Origin: an uncultured Candidatus Saccharibacteria bacterium
Lineage (GTDB): Bacteria; Patescibacteriota; Minisyncoccia; Phycocordibacterales; PALSA-1337
Assembly (NCBI GenBank): GCA_964416985.1
Contig: CAYQFS010000002.1
Coordinates: 57,155-121,154 of the forward strand
DNA: 64,000 nt
Direction of reading: 5' to 3'
Every line of letters begins with the position of its first letter. The stretch's first letter is position 1. The translations under genes were made by a program, and so were the position numbers. Below, in pieces: positions 44,742 through 53,896 of this stretch. The notes under the pieces were generated by a model. That model had not been told where the DNA came from, ran no database searches, and saw nothing but the letters and a program-made list of their open reading frames with translations.

Positions 44742-47687
44742 CTACTCCACAAACCCACTCATCCCACACCATTCACATTTACTGTCATCGCATTTCCCTT
44801 CTACTATCTTTCCGCTCCACACAGAATCAACAAGAGACTGTATCTCTCCTTTTACTTTTTCAATATCACTCGACTGTATAGGTAGTGTAATTGTGGGACA
44901 GCGGCCTTTGTCATCCGGAGAAACAAAAACGAGAGACGGGTGAATTGTCCTTCCTCTCCATCGCGGATCATTCCCTACTAGAATTTTGTAGAAGACAAGC
45001 TGGCGGAAATAGTTGCCAGTTGAGTCAGTCTTTGTCTCACCTTTTATGGCATTCACAGACATTGCTTGGCGAGTCTTGTAATCAAAGACATAAACATCTT
45101 TTCCGGTGTCGACAATTGCATCAAGCTTTCCATGAATTGGAATTTGTATTTCTTCCCCACTATATTTCCCCTTAAACTCCCCCTGAACCCAGCTTTCGGT
45201 AAAGACTGCAGAACCCTTTCCGTGTGCAAAATGTGACTCAAGAGCCTTTGCAATTGCTGGAACATCGGCAAGCAATTCTTTTTTTGCAGATTCCTTTTCG
45301 GCAATTGAAAGAAGAGAACTCACAAAATATTCGTTAATTTTTTCAATAAGGTTTTTCTCAAGAGACTTTGCAGATTTATTTTCCTGCTTCCAGATGAAAT
45401 CAAAAGCAAAATGCATGGCACTTCCCTTTTCCGCAGCAACAGAAGGAGCTTGAGGAAGTTTCAGAATACTTTGATACAAAAACGTATTTGGACATTCCAA
45501 AAAGTGATTGAGTGCAGTAACAGAGAGACCTTTCTCGATGAGAACTCTTTTTGCGAGATCGACAAGAGGAGAAGGCTTTGATGTTTTTTTGCTCATGCCC
45601 TGAGTGTCTTTTGAAGAATACATTTCGTCTGCACCAACTCGAGGAAGAGCAGTGTGAGAAGCATTTTTTCCTTCAAGTTCATCGATAAATCGCAAAGGTG
45701 TAAGGATTTTTCCATCAGATTCTTCGAGAGCTGTAAGAACTGTCACGTGCTTCCGTGCACGTGTGAGAGCAACATAAAAGAGCCGGCGAACATCGCGAAT
45801 ATCGCTGTCAGTCGTTTGTTTTCGTGGGAGAACAAATGAAGCTCCGCGCGGTCGCCCTACCCAGGCTTCCTCAGTGGCGTAGGGTATAAAGACATGATCG
45901 AACTCAAGACCCTTGCTTCCATGAGCAGTCATGGCCTGAAGCGGTAGGTTCGGAGCTCCAATGGAAACTTTGACAGTTCTTGATTCAGCAGAAAGCCGGT
46001 AGGAAATCATTTGTTCAATGAGTTTTTGCGGGTCATGAATGTCCCCCTCACGAACAAGCGACTCAGCAAGGGAAACAATTCCCCTCCAGACATGAACATA
46101 AGAAGGATCTTTTGAAATCACATCCACAAAACCGGAAGCTTCTGCAAGGTGTATTAAGAAACCGAGAGGGCTGTCGCTTAAAATAAGTGCTTGAGTAGTT
46201 TTGATTCGAGGAAGCTCTTTGTCAAAATCAATAGCAACCCCGCTCCTCAGATTTCGCACAAGTTCCGCTCCTTTTTGAAATGGAATGTCCCACAAACCGG
46301 AAATAAGTGTCTTTGAAAGAAGATCTGTACGGGAAGGATTTGCGATGTATTCAATGAGGTCAAAGAAAAGCCGACCAACAGGATGACTAAAAATGTCGAT
46401 ACTTCTTTCCGATGAAACAGCCACCCCTTTTGATTCAAAAAGTCGAATGATTCGATCAAGATCCCTGTTTCTCCTTACAATAATTGCAACAGTCGCCCCT
46501 GGCTCCTTTTTTCTCAAGTTCTGCACTTCTTTGACGAGATTCATTTCAATAGCTGCCACATTTTCTCCAGTCACAATATCAATCGGCTGAGGTTTGTCTT
46601 TACTTCCTGATGTAAGCTTGATACGGAGGTTTGCATACTCATCCTCTTCATAATTCTTTTCAATCATCCCAAAACTTGCGTCAAGAATTCCCTGGTGAGA
46701 GCGATAGTTCATATCAAGCTGGATTACCCTCATCGCTGGCCATTTCTTTTGCAAAAGAAGAAAGTTCTCAACAGATGCTCCTTGGAAACGATAGATCGCT
46801 TGCTTTTCGTCTCCAACAATAAAAATATTTGGTGTTTCGAAAAATTCAGCAATGAGGCCCACGATAAAATTTTGAGCGTCATTTGTATCCTGATGCTCAT
46901 CGATGTGAATATAGAGATATTTTTCCTGGAGCAATCGGAGAAGAAGCTCGTCACTCCTAATTGCCAAAAGAAGCTCAATAATGAGATCATTAAAATCCAT
47001 CTTCTTTGCTTCTCTTTTTTGCGATTCATAAAGTTTGTACACCTTTGCAAAAAGTTGTGTCCTCTCACACTTTTCAATCTGCTCCTTTGCCTCCGCTCTC
47101 AATTGCCCCTTCGTCGCCCCTCGTGTCGAAATGGATGCTTCATCGTGTTTAATTCTTTCAATTTCATTTCCCGCATACTGCTCCACCATTTCTGGTGTGA
47201 GTGCTTCCCTTTTTGCATCATCGATCGATCTTATGATTCCTGGAAGATACGCATCGGGCTTGCCTGCCGGCCTCAAGTTAGAGAACTTTGGATCGGAAAT
47301 GATTGATCGAATGAGTGACTCCTGTTCAATGTCAGTCATCTGCTTCATGTCGCTTATGTGAAGAAAATGATCGGGATATTCTGCAATGACCGAAGAAGCA
47401 AATCCATGAAATGTATGGATCCGTACGTCATGTGCTCTGTCCCCAATTATTGCCTGGAGTTTCTGTCTCATAGCCTTCACCCCTGCGTCGGTGTAAGTAA
47501 TGGCAAGAATTCCATTTGCCGGCGTATCTGTCCTTTTAAGGATGTTTGCTATTCGAAGCGTGAGTATCGTGGTCTTCCCCGTTCCAGGGCCTGCAATGAC
47601 CATTATAGGGCCTTCTATAGCGTCTACAGCCTGCTTTTGGCCCTTATTAAGCTTTTTGTAGAGGGTGTTAAAGGCGTCGGTAATCAT
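44742..47687 (-). CDS. Single-chain UvrD/PcrA-family helicase fused to a C-terminal PD-(D/E)xK nuclease with a Cys cluster (AddA/RecB-like)
   Basis: N-terminal VIAGPGTGKTTIL, helicase motifs through VALTRARKHV, C-terminal GKLDAIVDTGKDVYVFDYKT ... YFRQLVFYKIL, and a terminal KCDDSKCEWCG. Start chosen at MITDAF, where TATAAT lies 6 nt upstream. The longer supplied ORF runs across the upstream terminator. Confidence 0.8.
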   Translation of the reverse strand: MITDAFNTLYKKLNKGQKQAVDAIEGPIMVIAGPGTGKTTILTLRIANILKRTDTPANGILAITYTDAGVKAMRQKLQAIIGDRAHDVRIHTFHGFASSVIAEYPDHFLHISDMKQMTDIEQESLIRSIISDPKFSNLRPAGKPDAYLPGIIRSIDDAKREALTPEMVEQYAGNEIERIKHDEASISTRGATKGQLRAEAKEQIEKCERTQLFAKVYKLYESQKREAKKMDFNDLIIELLLAIRSDELLLRLLQEKYLYIHIDEHQDTNDAQNFIVGLIAEFFETPNIFIVGDEKQAIYRFQGASVENFLLLQKKWPAMRVIQLDMNYRSHQGILDASFGMIEKNYEEDEYANLRIKLTSGSKDKPQPIDIVTGENVAAIEMNLVKEVQNLRKKEPGATVAIIVRRNRDLDRIIRLFESKGVAVSSERSIDIFSHPVGRLFFDLIEYIANPSRTDLLSKTLISGLWDIPFQKGAELVRNLRSGVAIDFDKELPRIKTTQALILSDSPLGFLIHLAEASGFVDVISKDPSYVHVWRGIVSLAESLVREGDIHDPQKLIEQMISYRLSAESRTVKVSIGAPNLPLQAMTAHGSKGLEFDHVFIPYATEEAWVGRPRGASFVLPRKQTTDSDIRDVRRLFYVALTRARKHVTVLTALEESDGKILTPLRFIDELEGKNASHTALPRVGADEMYSSKDTQGMSKKTSKPSPLVDLAKRVLIEKGLSVTALNHFLECPNTFLYQSILKLPQAPSVAAEKGSAMHFAFDFIWKQENKSAKSLEKNLIEKINEYFVSSLLSIAEKESAKKELLADVPAIAKALESHFAHGKGSAVFTESWVQGEFKGKYSGEEIQIPIHGKLDAIVDTGKDVYVFDYKTRQAMSVNAIKGETKTDSTGNYFRQLVFYKILVGNDPRWRGRTIHPSLVFVSPDDKGRCPTITLPIQSSDIEKVKGEIQSLVDSVWSGKIVEGKCDDSKCEWCGMSGFVE

Positions 47688-47711
47688 GCCTGAATTATAC
47701 CTTTTTTGCAT

Positions 47712-47758
47712 AAAAAATACCGCCCGAGCTTCGGTTAAGAAGCCCGGGACGGGTGAAA
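47712..47758 (-). terminator. GC-rich intrinsic terminator after pyrC (minus strand), T6 tail
   Basis: The minus strand reads CCGTCCCGGGCTTC-ttaacc-GAAGCTCGGGCGG then TATTTTTT. Confidence 0.6.
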
Positions 47759-47773
47759 GATACAGGTCACAGA

Positions 47774-48865
47774 TTAAGCAACTATCTGCCAATCCATTTT
47801 TTCTCCCGCAAAAAACGGGATGATGCTGTCATTGAGTGCAGGTACGGGAACTTCGGTAGGAACGATCCATTCTGAACGGCGGAGGACCAGTTCTCCCTCG
47901 TTCAATTCATACCCATAAAAACGGGCACCAAATTCCGAAAGGAACGGTTCAGCCTTTTCAAGCTTGCCACGACTCTCAAAGAAGGAGAGTACGAGCGACA
48001 ACGCAGGAATGGTAACCCACACACCGCACGGACAATCGTTCGGCGCCTGTTTTGCACTTAAGAGATGTGCTGCGTCATCTCCGGCATACCAGAAGCGAGG
48101 ATGACCAGAAAGAATCACCTCTTGAATGGCTGCGCGATCTTCCGGATCCTTGGCTCCAGGTTTGAAGGCACCAGTGTGAACACAGATCTTGCCTTTACTC
48201 CGTCTGCTGTAACCAGAGAGATCATCTGACGTGAGATAAATGTGCTGAACAGTAACCCCTGCTCCAACATTCTCTCCCTGATCCTTGACCCATTCAACCA
48301 TGTCCCGCGAAGAAACATGTTCGACACTGATTTTCAAACTTGGAATCGCAGCAGTGATGAGCGAGAGAATTGCTCTGAAAGCAGACTCCTTGAGACGACC
48401 AATAACATCATAAGAGGGATGCTCGGAATGAAACTGAGCAACCATACCTAGCTCTGCAACAACGTGCAGTGCTGGATAGATCTTGAGGTAATCGAGAACT
48501 CCATTTTCTGAATGAGTCGTGACGTACCGCGGATAGATCTTTACGATCCTGACACCACAAGCAAATGCCTCACGCACCATTTTTGGAGTAGTCGACTCCG
48601 TAATCTGAATCGTCATCACAAGCTCGAAATACTGCCCTTGTGTAAAGGTCTTTGCAATCGCTTCGATGCTGTCCTTATAGGCGACCGCCTGTGGACCTGT
48701 CAGGATAGCGGGGAGAGTATTCGGCTCCCCCACCACCCTTCGGCGCCAGCCGTGATTGACGAAGTATGGCACAAGAAATTCGAGTAACTTTTCTTGCCTG
48801 AAATGCGCATGCCAGTTGTCTGGTAAGCGCAGAATAACTGTATTTATGTCTTCACTTATGTTCAT
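47774..48865 (-). CDS. pyrC: Dihydroorotase, class II (E. coli PyrC type); GC-elevated, SD-bearing gene
   Basis: LPDNWHAHFRQEKLLEFLVPYF vs E. coli [27 protein letters not shown] vs CGCAGC. C-terminal PFFAGEKMDWQIVA vs PFLAGETVRWSVKQ. GGAAGG lies 8 nt upstream of the ATG, a Shine-Dalgarno that native neighbours lack. Confidence 0.8.
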   Translation of the reverse strand: MNISEDINTVILRLPDNWHAHFRQEKLLEFLVPYFVNHGWRRRVVGEPNTLPAILTGPQAVAYKDSIEAIAKTFTQGQYFELVMTIQITESTTPKMVREAFACGVRIVKIYPRYVTTHSENGVLDYLKIYPALHVVAELGMVAQFHSEHPSYDVIGRLKESAFRAILSLITAAIPSLKISVEHVSSRDMVEWVKDQGENVGAGVTVQHIYLTSDDLSGYSRRSKGKICVHTGAFKPGAKDPEDRAAIQEVILSGHPRFWYAGDDAAHLLSAKQAPNDCPCGVWVTIPALSLVLSFFESRGKLEKAEPFLSEFGARFYGYELNEGELVLRRSEWIVPTEVPVPALNDSIIPFFAGEKMDWQIVA

Positions 48866-48962
48866 TTTTTACCTTCCATTTCCTTTTAACAATTGTTGTC
48901 GGTTTCTTATCTGAAGAAACATTATCTTAAAGCCTTAATAAAATCAACTTAATTTTTAACAT

Positions 48963-49003
48963 AAAAAAACAACCCCCGACCTGGCATGGCCAAGCGGGGG
49001 TTG
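48963..49003 (-). terminator. Intrinsic terminator CAACCCCCG-N16-CGGGGGTTG with T7 tail (minus strand)
   Basis: 9-bp GC stem 50 nt after the stop at 49056, followed on the minus strand by TTTTTTT. Confidence 0.65.
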
Positions 49004-49055
49004 GAACTCAACGAGGAGTGATTAATTCTCGTTTGTTGTTATTTAGGTCGCAGCA

Positions 49056-49811
49056 TCAGGCTACGACTGTTTTGCGTCGGATGACACACAGTGAGGTAAT
49101 ACCACACCCGAGCAAAGCGAGGGTCGAGCCCTTATCCGGAACAGCGGCTGAGGTAACACTGACATTATCAAACCTCGCCGAGTAGGAACGATCACCGTAA
49201 TTGTAGATCTCGAGGAACGCCGTTGTAGCTGAATTTGCATAGGCTGGATTGCCCAGAGCATTATCAGTACGAACAATTGACCCATCGATACTGTACGTAA
49301 CTGTGCCTCCGAGGTATGACATTTCGAAATCATGCCAACCAAGAGTCACCGGAGCCAGGGTAGGCAACCACAAACCATTGACATCATCAAAGGTATAGAA
49401 TCCGCCGGCCGAACCAGTAGGATTACGAAATGCGATAATGTTATAGTCGGCAGTATTTTCGTCCCCAGGAAGCCCGGTGCGAAGCCAGAAACTGGCATTC
49501 GCCAAGCCGCCCAGTAGATCGGAAGTGACTTCGAGTTGAGCTTTCGCAATCCAATTGACCACGCCACCAGCATCACGCTGAATGCCCTGATAATTGTAGA
49601 ACGAGCCCGGCCCATCATAGCCAGCAGGAGTAACACCAAGTTCAATGGCGCCACCGCTGATAGCAACGGTCGTAGGAAGCCGTCGATCGACGCCCCATGC
49701 TGGATCAACACCGGGACCGTTTGCAGGATCTGTAAATCCGACAGCCGAAGCTGACGTGATTCCCGCCAAGGCAATCGCCAGGGCGCTTGTAGTAAGGAGG
49801 ATCTTTTTCAT
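49056..49811 (-). CDS. Secreted protein with C-terminal PEP-CTERM (exosortase) sorting signal; GC-elevated gene
   Basis: Cleavable signal peptide MKKILLTTSALAIALAGITSASA. The C-terminus VPDKGSTLALLGCGITSLCVIRRK carries the VPDxGST motif, a hydrophobic span and RRK, the PEP-CTERM hallmark. About 53% GC. Confidence 0.7.
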   Translation of the reverse strand: MKKILLTTSALAIALAGITSASAVGFTDPANGPGVDPAWGVDRRLPTTVAISGGAIELGVTPAGYDGPGSFYNYQGIQRDAGGVVNWIAKAQLEVTSDLLGGLANASFWLRTGLPGDENTADYNIIAFRNPTGSAGGFYTFDDVNGLWLPTLAPVTLGWHDFEMSYLGGTVTYSIDGSIVRTDNALGNPAYANSATTAFLEIYNYGDRSYSARFDNVSVTSAAVPDKGSTLALLGCGITSLCVIRRKTVVA

Positions 49812-49957
49812 AACTAATTGTATCCGTAACTGTAGTTTGGTTTATGTTTTAGAAAATGGACTCCCAGCACAAATTTGCTGCGATTTTCCCGTATAAATAA
49901 CAACTTCAAGGTGCTGAAAGTCCAGGGAGAAATATAGCACAAGGAATGATTTTTGGC

Positions 49958-49990
49958 AAGAGAAAAGGGGCTTTTGAGCCCCTATCCCCT
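49958..49990 (-). terminator. Intrinsic terminator after rpoD (GGGGCTC / AGCCCC, T-run on the minus strand)
   Basis: The minus strand reads GGGGCTCAAAAGCCCC then TTTTCTCTT, directly after the rpoD stop. Confidence 0.55.
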
Positions 49991-51217
49991 TTAGTAATTC
50001 TTGAGCCTATTTATCTTCTCGTGCTGTCTGATTTTCTCATGGGCCTTAGCCTCGATCTGGCGGATACGCTCACGAGTAACCCCAAACTCCTTGCCTACCT
50101 CCTCAAGAGTGTGAGTAATGCCATCGAGTAGGCCGTGACGCATTTCGAGGATCTTCTTTTCTTTTTCAGATAGATCACCGAGAATTTCATTTACCTGATC
50201 ACGAAGAATGCGACGTGAAGATTCCTGATCGGGAGAGAGAATTTTGTCGTCAGAAAGAAAATCACCGAGAGTCGACTTCCCATCGTCACTATCATCACCA
50301 ACAGGACTTTCGAGAGAGACAACATCCTGGTCAATCTTTTCAATATTGTAAATCTTCTCGACATCGAGACCCATTTCGGTGGCAATCTCTTCGGGTAATG
50401 GATCGCGGCCAAGGTCCTGGGTCAATCGGCGAACAACCTGCTTGTACTTTGCTATTGTTTCAACCATATGCACTGGAACACGGATGGTTCGAGACTGGTC
50501 GGCGAGGGCACGGGTAATAGCCTGGCGAATCCACCAGGTTGCATAGGTCGAAAACTTGTATCCTTTTGTCCAGTCAAACTTGTCAACAGCCTTAAAAAGA
50601 CCGAGGTTACCCTCCTGGATGAGGTCAAGGAGCGTGAGGTCGGGAGAGCGGCCAACATATTTTTTTGCAATGGAAACGACGAGACGAAGATTGGCACGAG
50701 CGAGAAGGTTCTTTGCCTCCATATCGCCAGCCTGAATGCGTCGTGCAAGCTCCTTTTCATTACCTGCAGAAATGAGGGGATACTGCCCAATTTCTTTTAG
50801 ATACATTTGGATAGAATCGTATGAGGAATCACTTCGTGCCCCGTAAGAGTACTTTTTTGGAGCTGCAACTTCAGGTTCCACTTCCAAAAGACCACCTCCT
50901 TCAAGGACGTCGATTCCGGCTGTACCGAACTTTACATAAAGTTCATCGAGGAATGAAATGTCCTGATCAATGGTCGGAAATTCCTTGAGAATCTCATCAT
51001 AGGTAACAAAGCCTCTCTCCTTTCCCTTGAGAATAAGTTTATTTGCCTTTGATTCAAAATCCTTGGCCTTGTTTTGGACAGCACTTCCCTTTGCCCCCGC
51101 TTTCTTTTCAGGCTTTTTTAATTTTCCTTTTGATGCACTCTTTGCGACCTTACTGACCTTTCCCTTCACCGACTTCTTTGCCGGCTTTTTCTTTGCAACT
51201 TTTTTAGCTTTCTTCAT
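49991..51217 (-). CDS. rpoD: RNA polymerase sigma-70 factor RpoD with a lysine-rich N-terminal tail
   Basis: Regions 2-4 are conserved (DLIQEGNLGLFKAVDKFDWTKGYKFSTYATWWIRQAITRA, region 4.2 LEEVGKEFGVTRERIRQIE). N-terminus is KKAKKVAKKKPAKK ... Confidence 0.9.
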   Translation of the reverse strand: MKKAKKVAKKKPAKKSVKGKVSKVAKSASKGKLKKPEKKAGAKGSAVQNKAKDFESKANKLILKGKERGFVTYDEILKEFPTIDQDISFLDELYVKFGTAGIDVLEGGGLLEVEPEVAAPKKYSYGARSDSSYDSIQMYLKEIGQYPLISAGNEKELARRIQAGDMEAKNLLARANLRLVVSIAKKYVGRSPDLTLLDLIQEGNLGLFKAVDKFDWTKGYKFSTYATWWIRQAITRALADQSRTIRVPVHMVETIAKYKQVVRRLTQDLGRDPLPEEIATEMGLDVEKIYNIEKIDQDVVSLESPVGDDSDDGKSTLGDFLSDDKILSPDQESSRRILRDQVNEILGDLSEKEKKILEMRHGLLDGITHTLEEVGKEFGVTRERIRQIEAKAHEKIRQHEKINRLKNY

Positions 51218-51233
51218 CTAGTGATTAATGAAT

Positions 51234-53012
51234 TTATTTATTCCTTGATAATTGAGAAATCCGTATACTTAATACTTGGCATTTCTTCATACATTCACGC
51301 GCACCTACCTCATCTTTGTTTTTCTCCGAAAGTGCGAGAGCTGCCATCGTCTCGGCAAATTCCTGACGAAGGACATCCTCTTCAAAATTTATGAGGAGTT
51401 CGTCGAGCTCCTTTTTTAGGGACCCATTATTTTTTTGTACTGTTCCATACGTGACTTCGGCTTCAAGGAGAAGTTCCTGAGCCTGGCTTTCACTATGACG
51501 TAAAAGACTCTTAAATCTTTCATCGCCACTTATTTTCTGCAAGGTAGCCCTGGTACCCGCAATATCAAAACCCTGGATATTATTTTTCTCGATATATAAA
51601 AGAAGACCGAAAAGCTTGCGTGAAATACTATCAAGGCGTGTTGTTGCGGTCTGTACATTATGCACGGCCCTGACCTCCTGAGCCTCGCCTTTCTGCGAAG
51701 CTTCCACTTTTTTGAGATCAGAAATGATAGACTCCTCGGAAAGCCCAGTTCTCTCTTTTAATATCCTCACATAGTGTGCTTTTTCCATCGCGCCTGTAAG
51801 AGGAGCAATAAATGGAAATACATTGTCCCGCAATGCCTGTGGCAATTTGCGCGGGTCAAGCTTTTGCGAAAGCACATCGTCAAGAACAGATTCTACCACA
51901 GGCTTGGAATTGCGCAAGACGTTCTTCCACAGCTCAGGATCTTCTTTTACAAGGTCGGCCGGGTCCTTTCCACCTTCAACTCGGGCGATCTTTACGTCCA
52001 TTCCAAGGCCAAGGGCAATAGCAGCCGAGCGAAGTGCCGCCTTTTTTCCCGCTGCATCTGAGTCAAATGCTAAGATAATGTTGTTTGAGAGCCTTTTTAC
52101 GATTCCTAGGTTGTTTACAATGTTATCCCTTGAGGTAAGGGTGTCAGAAAGCGCCGTTCCTGAAACAGCAACAGTGTTTTTGATTCCAGCTTGATGGGAA
52201 AGAACAAGATCCATCTGCCCTTCCACAAAAATTGAATAGTTTTTCGTCCGAATATCTGCTTTTGCCTTATCAATTCCATAGAGGACGGTTGATTTGTTAA
52301 AAAGAATTGTATCAGGACTATTTAAATATTTTGCAGACTTTTCGTCATCAATTAAAATTCGTCCAGAGAAGGCAATAACTCGTCCACTTGAATCCGAAAT
52401 AGGAAACATGATTCGGCCACGAAAGCGATCGTAAGGCTGTTTCTGCTCTCCACCCTCTGGCCTCTTTGCAAGTCCTGCTTTTTCTATATCGACATCAGAA
52501 TACTTTTTATTTTTTAAATGAGTATAAAGAAGCCTCCATTCATTTGGAATGAATCCAATACGAAAATGTTTGGCAGTCTCTTCTTTTATTCCTCTTCCCT
52601 TCAAATATTCTCTCGCCCCCTTTGAACCCTCGAGGCCCTTTTCAAAGAATACTGTCGCCTCTTCCATAAGAGCCAGAAGTTTTTCTTTCTCCGTCTTATG
52701 AATATCTGCATTTCGATCAAACTCAAGTTTCACCCCCGCCTTTTCTGCAAGGAGTTTCAGTGCCCCCATAAAATCAAGCCCCTCGAACTGCTCTACAAAT
52801 GTAAAAATATCTCCTTTGGCATTACACCCAAAACAATAGTAGCCGCCCCTCTCTGGCGAAACAAAAAAAGACGGGGTTTTTTCATTATGAAATGGGCAGC
52901 GGCCCTTGAGATTTTTCCCCGCTTTCTCAAGCTTGATGTAGGAGCTAATGACGTCCTCGATCGTAAGCCGCTCTTTAATTTTTTCAACGCTCGATGAACC
53001 GTGAGATGGCAT
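51234..53012 (-). CDS. dnaG: DNA primase DnaG
   Basis: Zinc ribbon CPFHNEKTPSF ... CFGC, a Toprim domain (EGQMDLV ... DSDAAG). It sits directly upstream of rpoD on the same strand, the classic macromolecular-synthesis operon order. Confidence 0.9.
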   Translation of the reverse strand: MPSHGSSSVEKIKERLTIEDVISSYIKLEKAGKNLKGRCPFHNEKTPSFFVSPERGGYYCFGCNAKGDIFTFVEQFEGLDFMGALKLLAEKAGVKLEFDRNADIHKTEKEKLLALMEEATVFFEKGLEGSKGAREYLKGRGIKEETAKHFRIGFIPNEWRLLYTHLKNKKYSDVDIEKAGLAKRPEGGEQKQPYDRFRGRIMFPISDSSGRVIAFSGRILIDDEKSAKYLNSPDTILFNKSTVLYGIDKAKADIRTKNYSIFVEGQMDLVLSHQAGIKNTVAVSGTALSDTLTSRDNIVNNLGIVKRLSNNIILAFDSDAAGKKAALRSAAIALGLGMDVKIARVEGGKDPADLVKEDPELWKNVLRNSKPVVESVLDDVLSQKLDPRKLPQALRDNVFPFIAPLTGAMEKAHYVRILKERTGLSEESIISDLKKVEASQKGEAQEVRAVHNVQTATTRLDSISRKLFGLLLYIEKNNIQGFDIAGTRATLQKISGDERFKSLLRHSESQAQELLLEAEVTYGTVQKNNGSLKKELDELLINFEEDVLRQEFAETMAALALSEKNKDEVGARECMKKCQVLSIRISQLSRNK

Positions 53013-53149
53013 GGTTCATATAGTATATCAAAAATGAAGGGAGAATATTCTTGACTTTATCTATTTTGGTTTGGTAGTATATTAGAGTAAGTTTTTTACT
53101 TACACCGGATTTTGATCAAGGCCTCTTCTTTGTGAAGGGGCCTTTGAAT

Positions 53150-53767
53150 TTATCTATATCTAAATCTATCCATATTTAGCCTATATTCAAAATCATTAGC
53201 ATATAATATCTTTTTAATAAAACCCTCTTTACTTCCATCTATGACTTCTCTCCCTATATGACTTCGCGCTCCAAAAACATATATTTCCTTATCATACTTA
53301 TTAAAAAGATACTTCATTACACACGATAGATCCCCGTCACCAGAAAATATAACGAGTCTGTCATATTCATCCTTCATTCTAAGAATATCGAGTGTCATCT
53401 CTACATCAAGATCACACTTTTTATCGAATCCACTTTCAAACTTATTATCATGAATGTATTTGACTCTTTTTGTAATTACCTCGAAACCGTTTGATTGGGC
53501 TCTCGAAATAATATTATACGACCAATCCTTCATGTAAGTTGATCCTTCATTTTCTCCATAATCAGAACCATAGTAAAATCTTCTCAAGAACTTGTTCCCT
53601 AGAGTAAGGTGTTTTACTAATTTAGCTAGTTCCTGTATTCCTATTTTCCAACCAAGACTTTCCTTCCATTTTTCTACATTACCAAAATCAACGATTACCA
53701 AAGTTCTTGTCTGGTACTGTTGGAAAGAATCCAGGAATATTCGTATTTCTTCTTTATTCATCCCCAA
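53150..53767 (-). CDS. NYN-domain (LabA-like, PIN-related) predicted RNase
   Basis: LVIVDFGNV ... CDLDVEMTLDIL ... LVIFSGDGDLSCV. These are the conserved acidic residues of the NYN fold. Confidence 0.65.
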   Translation of the reverse strand: MGMNKEEIRIFLDSFQQYQTRTLVIVDFGNVEKWKESLGWKIGIQELAKLVKHLTLGNKFLRRFYYGSDYGENEGSTYMKDWSYNIISRAQSNGFEVITKRVKYIHDNKFESGFDKKCDLDVEMTLDILRMKDEYDRLVIFSGDGDLSCVMKYLFNKYDKEIYVFGARSHIGREVIDGSKEGFIKKILYANDFEYRLNMDRFRYR

Positions 53768-53812
53768 AGCCTAGCAAACCGAGATGAAGAAAAAATAAAG
53801 TTTTTGAAACCA

Positions 53813-53844
53813 CCAAAAAACCCTTATTTCAAGGGCTTTTTTGG
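53813..53844 (-). terminator. Intrinsic terminator after rpoC (AAGCCCTT-gaaat-AAGGGTTT then T-run on the minus strand)
   Basis: Plus-strand AAAAAACCCTTATTTCAAGGGCTTTTTT. It serves as a hairpin with a U-tract in both orientations. Confidence 0.55.
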
Positions 53845-53896
53845 CAATCTATTATTTTTTGATTATTTATACCTCGCTATCCCCAACTTTTCCTAC

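Noticed and set aside
46695-47306. Long antisense ORFs inside large genes (for example 203 aa at 46695..47306 in the helicase, 189 aa at 37315..37884 in typA, 201 aa at 2368..2973 in dnaJ, and several within rpoB/rpoC)
   Set aside because: Each is fully contained in, or antisense to, a gene with unambiguous conserved-family translation. These are typical shadow ORFs.
53051-53145. Plus-strand promoter-like element (TTGACT-N9-TTGGTTTGGTAGTAT) and short hairpin in the dnaG-NYN divergent region, as an independent sRNA gene
   Set aside because: It could equally be the (reverse-strand) regulatory region for dnaG or a NYN terminator remnant. Only about 65 nt would be transcribed, and the terminal hairpin lacks a convincing U-tract. 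Kept as part of the 12-mer repeat observation only.
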